Positions 1 through 8,060 of a stretch of DNA of 56,511 bases are shown piece after piece. The first letter of the stretch is position 1; each line of letters begins with the position of its first letter. The position numbers and the translations under genes are program-made. Source of the DNA: a virus (Duplodnaviria; Caudoviricetes); IMG/VR virus record IMGVR_UViG_3300045284_000397, positions 1-56,511 of that record; one strand, written 5' to 3'. The notes under the pieces are model-generated. The model was not told the DNA's origin, did not search any database, and worked only from the letters and a program-made list of their open reading frames with translations.

Positions 1-127
1 GCTCTCTGCCGCGACCTGACCTTTCGCAAAAGCGTGGAGTCGGCGCTGTGACGAAGGTGATCAGCTATACCGCCTTATTATATGGTTGCGATTATCTCGG
101 CTACGCCATTCGCAGCGTGATCGACGC
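1..127. repeat. Terminal direct repeat, copy 1 (circular assembly overlap)
   Basis: Bases 1-127 are identical to 56385-56511, and the genes read continuously across the join. Confidence 0.95.
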
Positions 128-800
128 TGTTGATGAACACTGGGTACTCTACACGCCCGTAGGATCGCATGGCTCACGCACGAGCGTCCCGTGCCCGGAC
201 ACACGCGACGAACTGTACGCGATTGCTTCGCAGGCGGCGGGCGCGAAGCTGCGCTGGGTCGAGCGTGACGACTGGTTTGGCGAGGGCGCTCAGCGCGACA
301 GCATTCACCAGTACGCGCCGGATGCAAGTCTGATTGTCACCGTAGACTACGATGAAATTATGCAGCCGGGACTTCTCGAATACGCGCTCCAGGTTGCAGT
401 CGATAGTGACGTGCGCCGCTGGCGTTTACCGTTCCGGCACTACTTCAGGAGTTTCTACAAGTGCATCCTTCACGATCCGGCGTTTCCGGTTCGCATCATC
501 AAGCCCAGCGCGGCGAACGTTGAATTGACAATGGACATGCACGGGATGGCGGTGAACCATCTAGGGTACGCAATTACGCCTGAAATGATGCGCTACAAGT
601 GGCAGCTTCACGGGCATAAGAACGAACTACGCCACGATGTGGACTACTTCACGGACATCTATGAGGCGAACCGTCAGTATGACACGCATCCCGTAGGTTC
701 GACTTATTGGAATCCTGAAACAGTAGACCCGTTCGCTGAGGGCTGGTTCCCCGAATGGATGAAATCACATCCGTTCGCAAAGATGCAAGTGATCGAATGA
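48..800 (+). CDS. Glycosyltransferase, GT-A fold (GT2-like)
   Basis: N-terminal 'YAIRSVIDAVDEHWVL', DxD motif 'VDYDE' and 'HLGY'. The GTG start overlaps the upstream GT stop across the circular join. Confidence 0.75.
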   Translation: MTKVISYTALLYGCDYLGYAIRSVIDAVDEHWVLYTPVGSHGSRTSVPCPDTRDELYAIASQAAGAKLRWVERDDWFGEGAQRDSIHQYAPDASLIVTVDYDEIMQPGLLEYALQVAVDSDVRRWRLPFRHYFRSFYKCILHDPAFPVRIIKPSAANVELTMDMHGMAVNHLGYAITPEMMRYKWQLHGHKNELRHDVDYFTDIYEANRQYDTHPVGSTYWNPETVDPFAEGWFPEWMKSHPFAKMQVIE

Positions 801-896
801 TCAGGTATAATATGAGCAATGAAATCGCCGTTCGCGCTGTCTCACCAGCCAACGGCTCTAGCGCACAGGAGCGCCAGCATGTCCCCTAGTATACCT
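800..896 (+). promoter_or_regulatory. Structured leader: -10 box, hairpin, RBS hairpin, anti -10 segment
   Basis: TATAAT at 806-811; hairpin 827-856; RBS inside gcgc-acagga-gcgc at 861-874; AGGTATA (803-809) is complementary to TATACCT (890-896). Confidence 0.6.
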
Positions 897-1322
897 CAAA
901 AGCGATGCCCCAAGTGTAAAGAATATAAGCCCGCTACGACCGAGTTCTTTCATGTTGACAAACGGTATCCATGTGGGTTTAGGAGTTGGTGTAAAGATTG
1001 CACGCACGCAGATAATAATGCGCGCGGGATAACGCCTAAGGGAAAAGAACAGAAAAAGAACTTTTTACGTAGCGAAGCTGGTAAACGGTCACGGGCGCGA
1101 ATTATGCGGAACTATGTAGAGAACAACCGTGACCAACGTTCGGCGCATTTTACTGTACAACAAGCAGTTCGTGCAGGAAGATTAGCGCCCGTTATATCAA
1201 GACTATGCGTCAAATGCGGAAAGCAAGCTGAGTGCTATCACCATTGGAGTTATGCGCCTGAGCATCGTCTCGACGTTATTCCGATGTGCCTTGTTTGTCA
1301 CGGTAAGGAGCATAATTCGTGA
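879..1322 (+). CDS. HNH-type endonuclease with N-terminal Zn-finger module
   Basis: CPKC..PATTEFF..CKDC module; C-terminal CVKC..YHH.SY..LDV..MCLVCHGKEH. Start set at ATG 879, after AGGAG. Confidence 0.75.
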   Translation: MSPSIPQKRCPKCKEYKPATTEFFHVDKRYPCGFRSWCKDCTHADNNARGITPKGKEQKKNFLRSEAGKRSRARIMRNYVENNRDQRSAHFTVQQAVRAGRLAPVISRLCVKCGKQAECYHHWSYAPEHRLDVIPMCLVCHGKEHNS

Positions 1323-2200
1323 AAACATTTGAGGAGTTAAAAGCGCTTATTGAACAAAGAGGGACGCACCAAGTGTTCGGCTCGCCCGGCGAGGGGTTTG
1401 CAATCGAGCAGAACGCGGATGAACTGGCGCGCTTCCTGGTCGTGTGCCAGGAGCTTGGCGTGACCTCATGCCTCGAAATCGGAACAGGCTACCGGGCGGG
1501 GTTGGCGCGCTTCCTGCACGACGATATGAATTGGCAGGTCGTGAGCGTGGACATTCACGACTACGGACACGAGTTCGGCGGCATACGGTTTCTGACACTC
1601 GACAACCCCGACACGTGGGGGCAGTTTGACCTCATCATCATTGACGCTGACCACAGCTATGACGCGGTGAAAGCCGACGATGCGCGCTGGCGACCCCACG
1701 CCGAAAAACTCCTCATGTTCCACGACATCGCCGGGTTGCGCGAGTGCGAAGGCGTGCGCGATTACTGGAATGAGATTGCCTACGACGGGAGCGAACTCAA
1801 GCCCGGCTACCACGAGATTATCACCGACACGCCCGAACGCGGCGGGATTGGCTATATCGTGCTGGCGGAAGTCGCAGCAGAAGCGGGAAAATACAATCCC
1901 GGATATGGCGAAGCGCCAATCAAGCGGGCAATCGAGACACGTGACAAAGCCGCTTATGTCGCAGCGAAGACCTATGACGCGATTGAAGCCGATGCACGCG
2001 CCAAAGAGGATGCGGAGGTCGTAGCATACCAACCACTCGCCATTACGCCTTCAACGCAGGAAGTCATCGAGGCGACAGATGAGGACGGAAATGTCACCGC
2101 GAAAATTAATGACAATACGAAGGCAAAGCCTGCGCCTCGTAAACCGCGAACGGCAAACAAAGCAAAGACGACGACTAAACGGACGGCGAAGAAGAAATGA
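1319..2200 (+). CDS. Class I SAM-dependent methyltransferase (Methyltransf_24-like) with basic low-complexity tail
   Basis: Motifs 'LEIGTGYRAG', 'FDLIIIDADHSYDAVKAD' and 'MFHDI'; the C-terminus is K/R/T/A-rich. Confidence 0.8.
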   Translation: MKTFEELKALIEQRGTHQVFGSPGEGFAIEQNADELARFLVVCQELGVTSCLEIGTGYRAGLARFLHDDMNWQVVSVDIHDYGHEFGGIRFLTLDNPDTWGQFDLIIIDADHSYDAVKADDARWRPHAEKLLMFHDIAGLRECEGVRDYWNEIAYDGSELKPGYHEIITDTPERGGIGYIVLAEVAAEAGKYNPGYGEAPIKRAIETRDKAAYVAAKTYDAIEADARAKEDAEVVAYQPLAITPSTQEVIEATDEDGNVTAKINDNTKAKPAPRKPRTANKAKTTTKRTAKKK

Positions 2201-2406
2201 GCGAGCAGCCAACTCTTACGCAGCAGCAGATTGTCGAGGCATGCCAGAAGTTGGAAAGCGCGCGTATAGTGGCGTTGCAGAGACTGAACGACCTGTTCAA
2301 GGTTGAGCGGGAGGCGGTCTGGGAGCAGTATTACGCGGTGCTCGACTTCATGGGGTTGGACAAAGACGGCGCGTTGAAATCAACGAAGCCGAAGAGGACG
2401 CTGTGA
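2197..2406 (+). CDS. Hypothetical protein
   Basis: ATGA-coupled to the upstream gene. Confidence 0.6.
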   Translation: MSEQPTLTQQQIVEACQKLESARIVALQRLNDLFKVEREAVWEQYYAVLDFMGLDKDGALKSTKPKRTL

Positions 2407-2555
2407 GCGAACGTAACGATACTTTCCTGCTCATCACTGCGATGCTTATTAGTTTCGTCTGTGCCGGACTGTGGTTAGCAGTTGGCAACGTGTTCTTTTT
2501 CCTGCCACTTGTGACCGGGATTATGTTTTATCGCGCGATTGTGAGTGAGCATTAA
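2403..2555 (+). CDS. Small two-TM membrane protein (50 aa, not in the ORF track)
   Basis: GTGA overlap with the upstream stop. Translates as MSERNDTFLLITAMLISFVCAGLWLAVGNVFFFLPLVTGIMFYRAIVSEH and fills the gap. Confidence 0.6.
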   Translation: MSERNDTFLLITAMLISFVCAGLWLAVGNVFFFLPLVTGIMFYRAIVSEH

Positions 2556-2557
2556 CC

Positions 2558-3211
2558 ATGCCCCAACCGCTCGTGTCCATTCTGCTACCCCATCTCCACG
2601 AGCCGGAAAACGACAAGGCGCTGCGCATCTGTCTCGACTGTATCATCGCCAACACGGGGCTGAACTTTGAGCTTATCATGGAGAGCGTTGCCGAGCGCCG
2701 CGACATCTACCGCGTGATTAATAGCATGGCGGCGCGAGCCAATGCCTACTGGCTCATTCCCATGAACAGCGACGTATTCGTGTCCCCCGGCTGGCTTGAG
2801 CCGATTTACGAAGCGCGCGACCTGAACGCGATTGTGTCCCCGTGCATGGTTGAGCCGGGCGCTATCGGCGTCAACGAGCGCAACATTCATAAGGACTTCG
2901 GGATGCGCCCGGAAACGTTTCGCCGGAGCGAATTCGAGGCGTGGGTCGCAGCGGGCGGCGACTGGTCGATCAACTGGCTCGAGGGGGAATGGGCATGGTT
3001 CTACCCAAGTCTGATCTCACAATCCAGTTTCCTAACGGTCATGGGGGGCTTTGACACGAAGAAAGGCTCTTTTCCAGACCCGATTGACATCGACTTCTGG
3101 AATCGCTGGGAAGTGAATGGAGGGAAGTTTAAGCGCGTGCGATCATGGGTATATCACTTGCAAAACTACTCAAACCCTGATGAGCAGAAGAAAGCCGTGC
3201 GCCACGCATGA
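2558..3211 (+). CDS. Glycosyltransferase family 2-like
   Basis: Motifs 'LVSILLP', 'MNSDVFV', 'GGFD..F..DIDFW.R' and 'VYHL'. Confidence 0.8.
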   Translation: MPQPLVSILLPHLHEPENDKALRICLDCIIANTGLNFELIMESVAERRDIYRVINSMAARANAYWLIPMNSDVFVSPGWLEPIYEARDLNAIVSPCMVEPGAIGVNERNIHKDFGMRPETFRRSEFEAWVAAGGDWSINWLEGEWAWFYPSLISQSSFLTVMGGFDTKKGSFPDPIDIDFWNRWEVNGGKFKRVRSWVYHLQNYSNPDEQKKAVRHA

Positions 3212-4176
3212 GGATATTGTACTGTCCGATTTTCGTCAAAGGCACGTATTACGAGACGCAGCGGCGGACGAAGCATGGCTTACGCGACGCGCTCGCGCTG
3301 CAAGGAGAGTGCCGCGAACTGGATTATCTGAACGCGCTGAACGTGGGCGACGCACTCCGTGCCGAACTCGACAGCTTGCGCCCGGAACTGCTGTTCTTGC
3401 AGATGCAGGGCACAACGCCGATCACGCCGACGCTGCTGGCGGACTTGCGTGCCGAATACCCCGCGCTGACGGTCGTGAACTGGAACGGGGATTACTATCC
3501 CGAACACCTGATTTCGCCCGACATGCTCGACTTGCTGCGCCATGTCGATTTGCAACTGACGGTCAACGCTTCGGTGTTGTTCGCCTATGCCGAGGCGGGT
3601 ATCCACGCGAAATACTGTCCGTTCGGCTATGAAGCGCCGATCAGCCCGCTCCCAGAGACGAAGGCGCATGAGCTTGTCTTTCTCGGCAACAATTACAGCG
3701 AGAAGCGCAAGGCGCTCTACGACGTGCTGCGCTTCATCCGGCACGACGTGGGCATTTACGGTTCGGGGTGGGAGTGGTCGGATGGCGAGTGCAACTATGA
3801 CTTCGCCTACTCCCAAGCGCTCTATCAGCGCGCGCTGATCGCCATCAGCGACAACCAGTTCCCCGACGCGCTCGGCTATCTGAGCGACCGTCCGTTCCAG
3901 GTGCTTGCTGCTAATGGCGCGATCCTGTTTCAGCAGCGCGTGCTCGGACTGGAAGCGCTGACCGGGCTGAAGGCGGGTGTGCATTACGTCGAATTTGTCG
4001 AACTGGACGACCTGTACGGACTGGTCAAATATTGGGTCAAGCCCTCGCAGCGCCCGGAACGGGAACGCATGGCGGCGGCGGGGCGTAATCTGGTACAAGC
4101 GCGGCATTTATGGCGGCATCGGGTGGAGACGCTGGTGCAGAGTTGGCTGCCGGAAGTGGTGGGAGAGCGGGCGTGA
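3208..4176 (+). CDS. GT-B glycosyltransferase, CgeB/YkvP-like (Glyco_trans_1_2)
   Basis: Motifs 'LVFLGN', 'VGIYGSGW', 'YLSDRPFQVLAANG' and 'RERMAAAG..V.ARH.W.HRV'. Confidence 0.8.
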   Translation: MRILYCPIFVKGTYYETQRRTKHGLRDALALQGECRELDYLNALNVGDALRAELDSLRPELLFLQMQGTTPITPTLLADLRAEYPALTVVNWNGDYYPEHLISPDMLDLLRHVDLQLTVNASVLFAYAEAGIHAKYCPFGYEAPISPLPETKAHELVFLGNNYSEKRKALYDVLRFIRHDVGIYGSGWEWSDGECNYDFAYSQALYQRALIAISDNQFPDALGYLSDRPFQVLAANGAILFQQRVLGLEALTGLKAGVHYVEFVELDDLYGLVKYWVKPSQRPERERMAAAGRNLVQARHLWRHRVETLVQSWLPEVVGERA

Positions 4177-4592
4177 GTTTCAATGAAATCAACTATCGAA
4201 CACGTCAATCCATGATAGATGGTTTTTTGGCGAATTGGAGAGCACAACACTATTATGAAACCCAATCCCAATGGAGTGATGTTCTGCCGCACTCTACAAA
4301 GCATAGTGACAGGCAAGAGGTCTACGATGTGTTGAAATTACTGCCTATAATCAATGAAGTAGATATACAGCGTGTCTTTGATCGGATATTAAGCCGCCCT
4401 GGAACTCACTCAATAGGCAGGAAGCCAATTACCTTCCAGTGCGATCTTTGCCGAGAGGAAGTCGCTGGATTGTGCGAAATACAGCTTGACGGATTTGGTT
4501 TGTGCTTTTGCGCGCCATGTTTAGAGAAAATGGCAATATCAGTAAGAGTTCATGCATCTGGCGTTTCTGAGAGTATCCCAAATGTTCCTTAG
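4173..4592 (+). CDS. Hypothetical protein with C-terminal Zn finger (AT-richer insert)
   Basis: GTGA-coupled start; CDLC..CAPC; visibly more A/T than neighbouring genes. Confidence 0.6.
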   Translation: MSFNEINYRTRQSMIDGFLANWRAQHYYETQSQWSDVLPHSTKHSDRQEVYDVLKLLPIINEVDIQRVFDRILSRPGTHSIGRKPITFQCDLCREEVAGLCEIQLDGFGLCFCAPCLEKMAISVRVHASGVSESIPNVP

Positions 4593-6366
4593 CATCGTCA
4601 CGGGCAGCTTCCAGCGTCTCGATTACCTGCGTGCCATGTGCGAGAGCGTGCGCCGTCAACTCCCGCAGGGCATGGAATACGAATTCGTTGTTGTGGACGG
4701 CGGAAGCACGGACGGCACTCAGGCATGGTGCGCCGCGCAGCCCGACGTGACGCTGATTGAACAGGGCGCGCTCTACGGCGCGATCCGCGCTTTCAATGCG
4801 GGAGCGGCGGCGGCTCATGGCGAGTACGTGGCGCTGCTGAATGATGATGTGCTGGTGGTAGACGGCGCAATGATTAAAGCGCTCGTCTATCTCGATAGTC
4901 ACCCGGACTGCGGCGCGGTCGCCTTCATGGATGATCGTCCCGCGCCCGGTTACGAAGCGCCCGGCTATCATGTTCAGACCATCCGCGCTCTGAAAGCGGA
5001 CGGTAGTCCGCTTGATGTGGTCTACGCGCAGTGCGGCTTGTATTGCAAATGGCTCGGCGATCTCGTCGGTTGGTGGGACATCGGCGTGCCTGAGCAGCAC
5101 ACCTACGGCGGCGACGCGGCGTTGTCGGCGAAAATCTGGGAGCGCGGCTATCGTGTGGATGCAGTGGTCGGTGTGGCGGTCAATGACCGCGTGGCGCGAG
5201 ACGACTTGCGCGCGCGCAATCAGCAGACGGAGGAACGGATTGGCAGCGCCTTTTACCGAGCCTACCCCAACGGCGTTCGACTCAACAGTCAGCCCAAGCC
5301 CGCTAACCCTCAGCCGGAGCGTCTCCGAATTCTGTACGCGCCTCTCTTCAGCCCAGGCTACGGGCGTTATAAACGCGGGTTGTTTGATGCTCTCGCTCGC
5401 GTCGGTCTGGTCTATGAACTCGACTACGTGCGCCAGCGCGGAAAGTTCCTGCGCGCCGTCGCCGACTTTCAACCCCACCTGATCCTGACGCAGTTGCACG
5501 ACGCGCACAGCATTACGGCGCAGATGCTCGAAGCGGCGCGGCAGAGCGTGCCGGGCGCGGTGATCGTCAACTGGTGTGGCGATGTCTATGCCGACCAGTT
5601 GACCGCGCCGGATATGCTCGAACTGCTGAAACAGATCGATTTGCAACTGGTCGTCAACGCCGACGTGCTACCCGTGTACGCCGCGCACGGTATACATGCT
5701 GCTTACTGGCAGATTGGCTTTGAGCCTGTGCCGGATGAACTGCCGGACATGCCCGCGCATGAGATTGTCTTTCAGGGCAACGCTTACAGCCCGGCGCGCA
5801 AACTGCTGGCGGCGGCGCTCTACGAGATGAGTGGGGATGTAGGAATTTATGGACTGGGTTGGGATAGAAGCAGCGGCAATACCTTCTACGACTTTGCCCG
5901 AAGCGCCGCGTTGTATCGCAACTGCAAAATCGCAGTGGGTGACAACCAGTATTCCGATAAAGGTTTCGTGTCGAACCGTCTCTTCGAGGCGATCTCAAAT
6001 GGGACATTCCTACTTCACCAAACGATACCTGGTCTTGAGGAACTCACAGGGCTGATAGATGGCACGCATTACATCTCCTGGCTGGATTTAGCCGACTTAC
6101 GCGACAAAGCACGTTACTACCTCGCGCCGGAGCATGAGGACGAACGCCAGCAAATTGCAGCGGCAGGGGAGGCGTTTGTGCGGGCACATCACAGCTTCGA
6201 CGCGCGTGTCCGTGAATTGTTCCAGCAATTGCTACCGAGAGTGAATCAGAATGAACGCTCAACAACTCCTTCAGGCGATGCAATCGGGCGCGAAACTAAC
6301 GTCGCTCTGGAAGCTGAGAACCGAGATTATGCGCCCAAAAATGATCTATCGATTGGCATATCCTGA
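4582..6366 (+). CDS. Bifunctional glycosyltransferase: GT2 plus CgeB-like GT-B domain
   Basis: N-terminal 'VVVDGGSTDGT' and 'LLNDDVLV'. The C-terminal half is a clear paralogue of 3208-4176 ('SNRLFEAISNG', 'HHSFDARV'). Confidence 0.85.
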   Translation: MFLSIVTGSFQRLDYLRAMCESVRRQLPQGMEYEFVVVDGGSTDGTQAWCAAQPDVTLIEQGALYGAIRAFNAGAAAAHGEYVALLNDDVLVVDGAMIKALVYLDSHPDCGAVAFMDDRPAPGYEAPGYHVQTIRALKADGSPLDVVYAQCGLYCKWLGDLVGWWDIGVPEQHTYGGDAALSAKIWERGYRVDAVVGVAVNDRVARDDLRARNQQTEERIGSAFYRAYPNGVRLNSQPKPANPQPERLRILYAPLFSPGYGRYKRGLFDALARVGLVYELDYVRQRGKFLRAVADFQPHLILTQLHDAHSITAQMLEAARQSVPGAVIVNWCGDVYADQLTAPDMLELLKQIDLQLVVNADVLPVYAAHGIHAAYWQIGFEPVPDELPDMPAHEIVFQGNAYSPARKLLAAALYEMSGDVGIYGLGWDRSSGNTFYDFARSAALYRNCKIAVGDNQYSDKGFVSNRLFEAISNGTFLLHQTIPGLEELTGLIDGTHYISWLDLADLRDKARYYLAPEHEDERQQIAAAGEAFVRAHHSFDARVRELFQQLLPRVNQNERSTTPSGDAIGRETNVALEAENRDYAPKNDLSIGIS

Positions 6367-6568
6367 CTTAAAGACTATATTGGTTCAGTACAGCGCGGTT
6401 GCGGCATGTCTGCATCGTGGAGAAATCCGGCGCATTGAACGCCTTTGGAGCACCGAGTATGAAGTCGTGGAGACGAGAGTGAGCGCCGATGGACGAGCCG
6501 ATGACCGCGCTGAGACAGTGGCGGGCGCTGAGAGCATGGAGGCGTGGGCAGATGGTATCCCGCGATGA
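6251..6568 (+). CDS. Hypothetical protein
   Basis: Co-oriented ORF that overlaps the low-complexity 3' end of the GT gene. Confidence 0.45.
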   Translation: MNAQQLLQAMQSGAKLTSLWKLRTEIMRPKMIYRLAYPDLKTILVQYSAVAACLHRGEIRRIERLWSTEYEVVETRVSADGRADDRAETVAGAESMEAWADGIPR

Positions 6569-6740
6569 AATGGAACGCGCCTACTTTGAGCAGTTTCAGG
6601 CGCTTGACGATGATCCTTACGCCTATCTTCAGTCCGTAGACCGTTTCCCGCTGCCCTGGGAGTGGTATCGCATCATTTCGCTTGAGGAGTGGGAAGTATT
6701 GTATACCCAATGGAAACGGTATCACCCTGACGCCCCTTGA
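6552..6740 (+). CDS. Hypothetical protein
   Basis: GGAGG upstream of ATG 6552, in frame with track ORF 6489-6740. Confidence 0.45.
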   Translation: MVSRDEMERAYFEQFQALDDDPYAYLQSVDRFPLPWEWYRIISLEEWEVLYTQWKRYHPDAP

Positions 6741-6999
6741 CCTGATCATCCTGTCGGCGGCATCCTGTTACTGGGCATTCGTGCTCGTCAAGAAGGATGG
6801 CGCATTCGGCGCGTTTCGACGACTGCGCGAGGTGACGACCTTCGGCGGGCTGCTACTATGTCCGCCATGTCTGGTCTTCTGGGTCGCTGTGGGCTTCTGG
6901 CTGCTGTGGCAGACGCCGCTCGCACCGATTGTGACAGTCAGCGCAGTCGCGGGCGCGGCAACGTTGGCGGGCTACTATACGGGGACGTGGCAGCAATGA
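6682..6999 (+). CDS. DUF1360-like membrane protein (start uncertain)
   Basis: 'KDG.FG.F.RLR....GLL.CPPC..FW' pattern with hydrophobic helices. Confidence 0.65.
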   Translation: MRSGKYCIPNGNGITLTPLDLIILSAASCYWAFVLVKKDGAFGAFRRLREVTTFGGLLLCPPCLVFWVAVGFWLLWQTPLAPIVTVSAVAGAATLAGYYTGTWQQ

Positions 7000-7229
7000 C
7001 CCCTGAATTACGCTTGCGCATCCGTTACGCACGAACTCAGGGCTATCACATTTTCCAGCGCGACGGGACAGATCAGTTCATCGTCAAGCGGACTTGGGAT
7101 GATAGCGGGCAACATTGTAATGGCGCAGCATTATTGAGCATGTTACCCCGTTTGCCGATTAAACACTCTCCTTATTCGCCGGAGGAGTTTGCGCGGCGTG
7201 GGGTGATGGTAAGGGAGATGGATCACTAA
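6996..7229 (+). CDS. Hypothetical protein
   Basis: ATGA-coupled start at 6996. Confidence 0.5.
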   Translation: MTPELRLRIRYARTQGYHIFQRDGTDQFIVKRTWDDSGQHCNGAALLSMLPRLPIKHSPYSPEEFARRGVMVREMDH

Positions 7230-7471
7230 TGACTTATCCTGACAAAACAACAACGACTATTCCGCCTGCATTAGCCGAATTGGGTGTGGTTTCTGTTACC
7301 ATATTGAGAAACGGCTATGACGTGAAATACCGTTTTGATTTCGCGGACGGCGATCTTTTGATATTTCAAGAACAACCCTATCAGTGGGGTGATCGGGCAA
7401 AGTCTGAAGGCGATCTATTAGGGGATGCGCTGAATGCCATCCACGCATACCAAGTGCTTCCATTTGGTTAG
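7229..7471 (+). CDS. Hypothetical protein
   Basis: TAATG coupling; preceded by GGGAG. Confidence 0.55.
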   Translation: MTYPDKTTTTIPPALAELGVVSVTILRNGYDVKYRFDFADGDLLIFQEQPYQWGDRAKSEGDLLGDALNAIHAYQVLPFG

Positions 7472-7498
7472 TTCGTGATAACCGTCATTATCACAAGT
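7471..7498. other. dif-like site or palindromic operator (11-6-11 layout)
   Basis: GTTCGTGATAA-CCGTCA-TTATCACAAGT, with 7-bp perfect inverted arms around a 6-bp core. Confidence 0.4.
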
Positions 7499-7514
7499 AA
7501 TTTAACGGCTCAAC

Positions 7515-7541
7515 AAGGCTCACTACGGTGGGCTTTTTGTT
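7515..7541 (+). terminator. Intrinsic terminator ending the GT cluster
   Basis: aaggctcac-TACG-gtgggcttt stem with a UNCG loop, followed by a T-run. Confidence 0.7.
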
Positions 7542-7562
7542 TGTCCATTTTCAGGAGCAACC

Positions 7563-8060
7563 ATGCCCGGCTTTGGCGCATACATCACCCCGCCGACCGA
7601 CGTGATCGAAGCCATGAACTCGCAGCTTGAAGCATCCCCGATGCTCATGCAGCGCTCCTATCGCCGCGCGATGGTTCGCGTTGGACAGAACGCCCTCAGC
7701 GAATTGTCCGTCGAACCCGGCACACCCCATTATCCACTGCTCTGGAAGTCGGCACGCCAGCGCCGTTTCGTCATGGCGCTGCTGCGGGAACAAGGCAATC
7801 TGCCCTATCAGCGCACGCATATGCTCTCGGAAAGCTGGCGCTACCTCATTGACGACTTAGAGAGCGGCGGCGAATTCAGCGTATTCAACACGGATCCGAC
7901 GGCGCGTTATGTCATTGGCGACGATGCGCAACCTTACCATCTGGAAACCGGATGGACGCAAGCCGCGCCTGTTCTGATGCGCTATATGGAACTGGCGGAA
8001 AGTGTCGCTGTGGATACGTGGTTCACTATTGTGGACGAGTTCGGAGGCATCCCCAGATGA
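7563..8060 (+). CDS. Putative neck/tail-completion protein (HK97 gp10-like position)
   Basis: Size and position; 'YQRTH.L..SW' and 'YVIG...Q..H...GW' motifs. Confidence 0.55.
   Translation: MPGFGAYITPPTDVIEAMNSQLEASPMLMQRSYRRAMVRVGQNALSELSVEPGTPHYPLLWKSARQRRFVMALLREQGNLPYQRTHMLSESWRYLIDDLESGGEFSVFNTDPTARYVIGDDAQPYHLETGWTQAAPVLMRYMELAESVAVDTWFTIVDEFGGIPR

Noticed and set aside
1-127. Physical terminal repeat of the virion DNA
   Set aside because: The repeat is exactly 127 bp, a common assembler k-mer, and falls inside coding sequence, so it is best read as circular overlap.
879-1322. HNH genes with structured leaders as IscB/HEARO-type RNA-guided systems
   Set aside because: No RuvC or PLMP motifs are present, and the leaders are under 100 nt.
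4429-5646. Long antisense ORFs (also 3280-4107, 19207-20274, 46135-46986, 47750-48496)
   Set aside because: These are shadows of GC-rich genes on the opposite strand, with no recognisable motifs.
48-6366. gtrABC-type serotype conversion or DNA hypermodification cluster
   Set aside because: There is no flippase or multi-TM transferase and no base-hydroxymethylating enzyme, and the location is in the late structural operon. Disfavoured, but not formally excluded.
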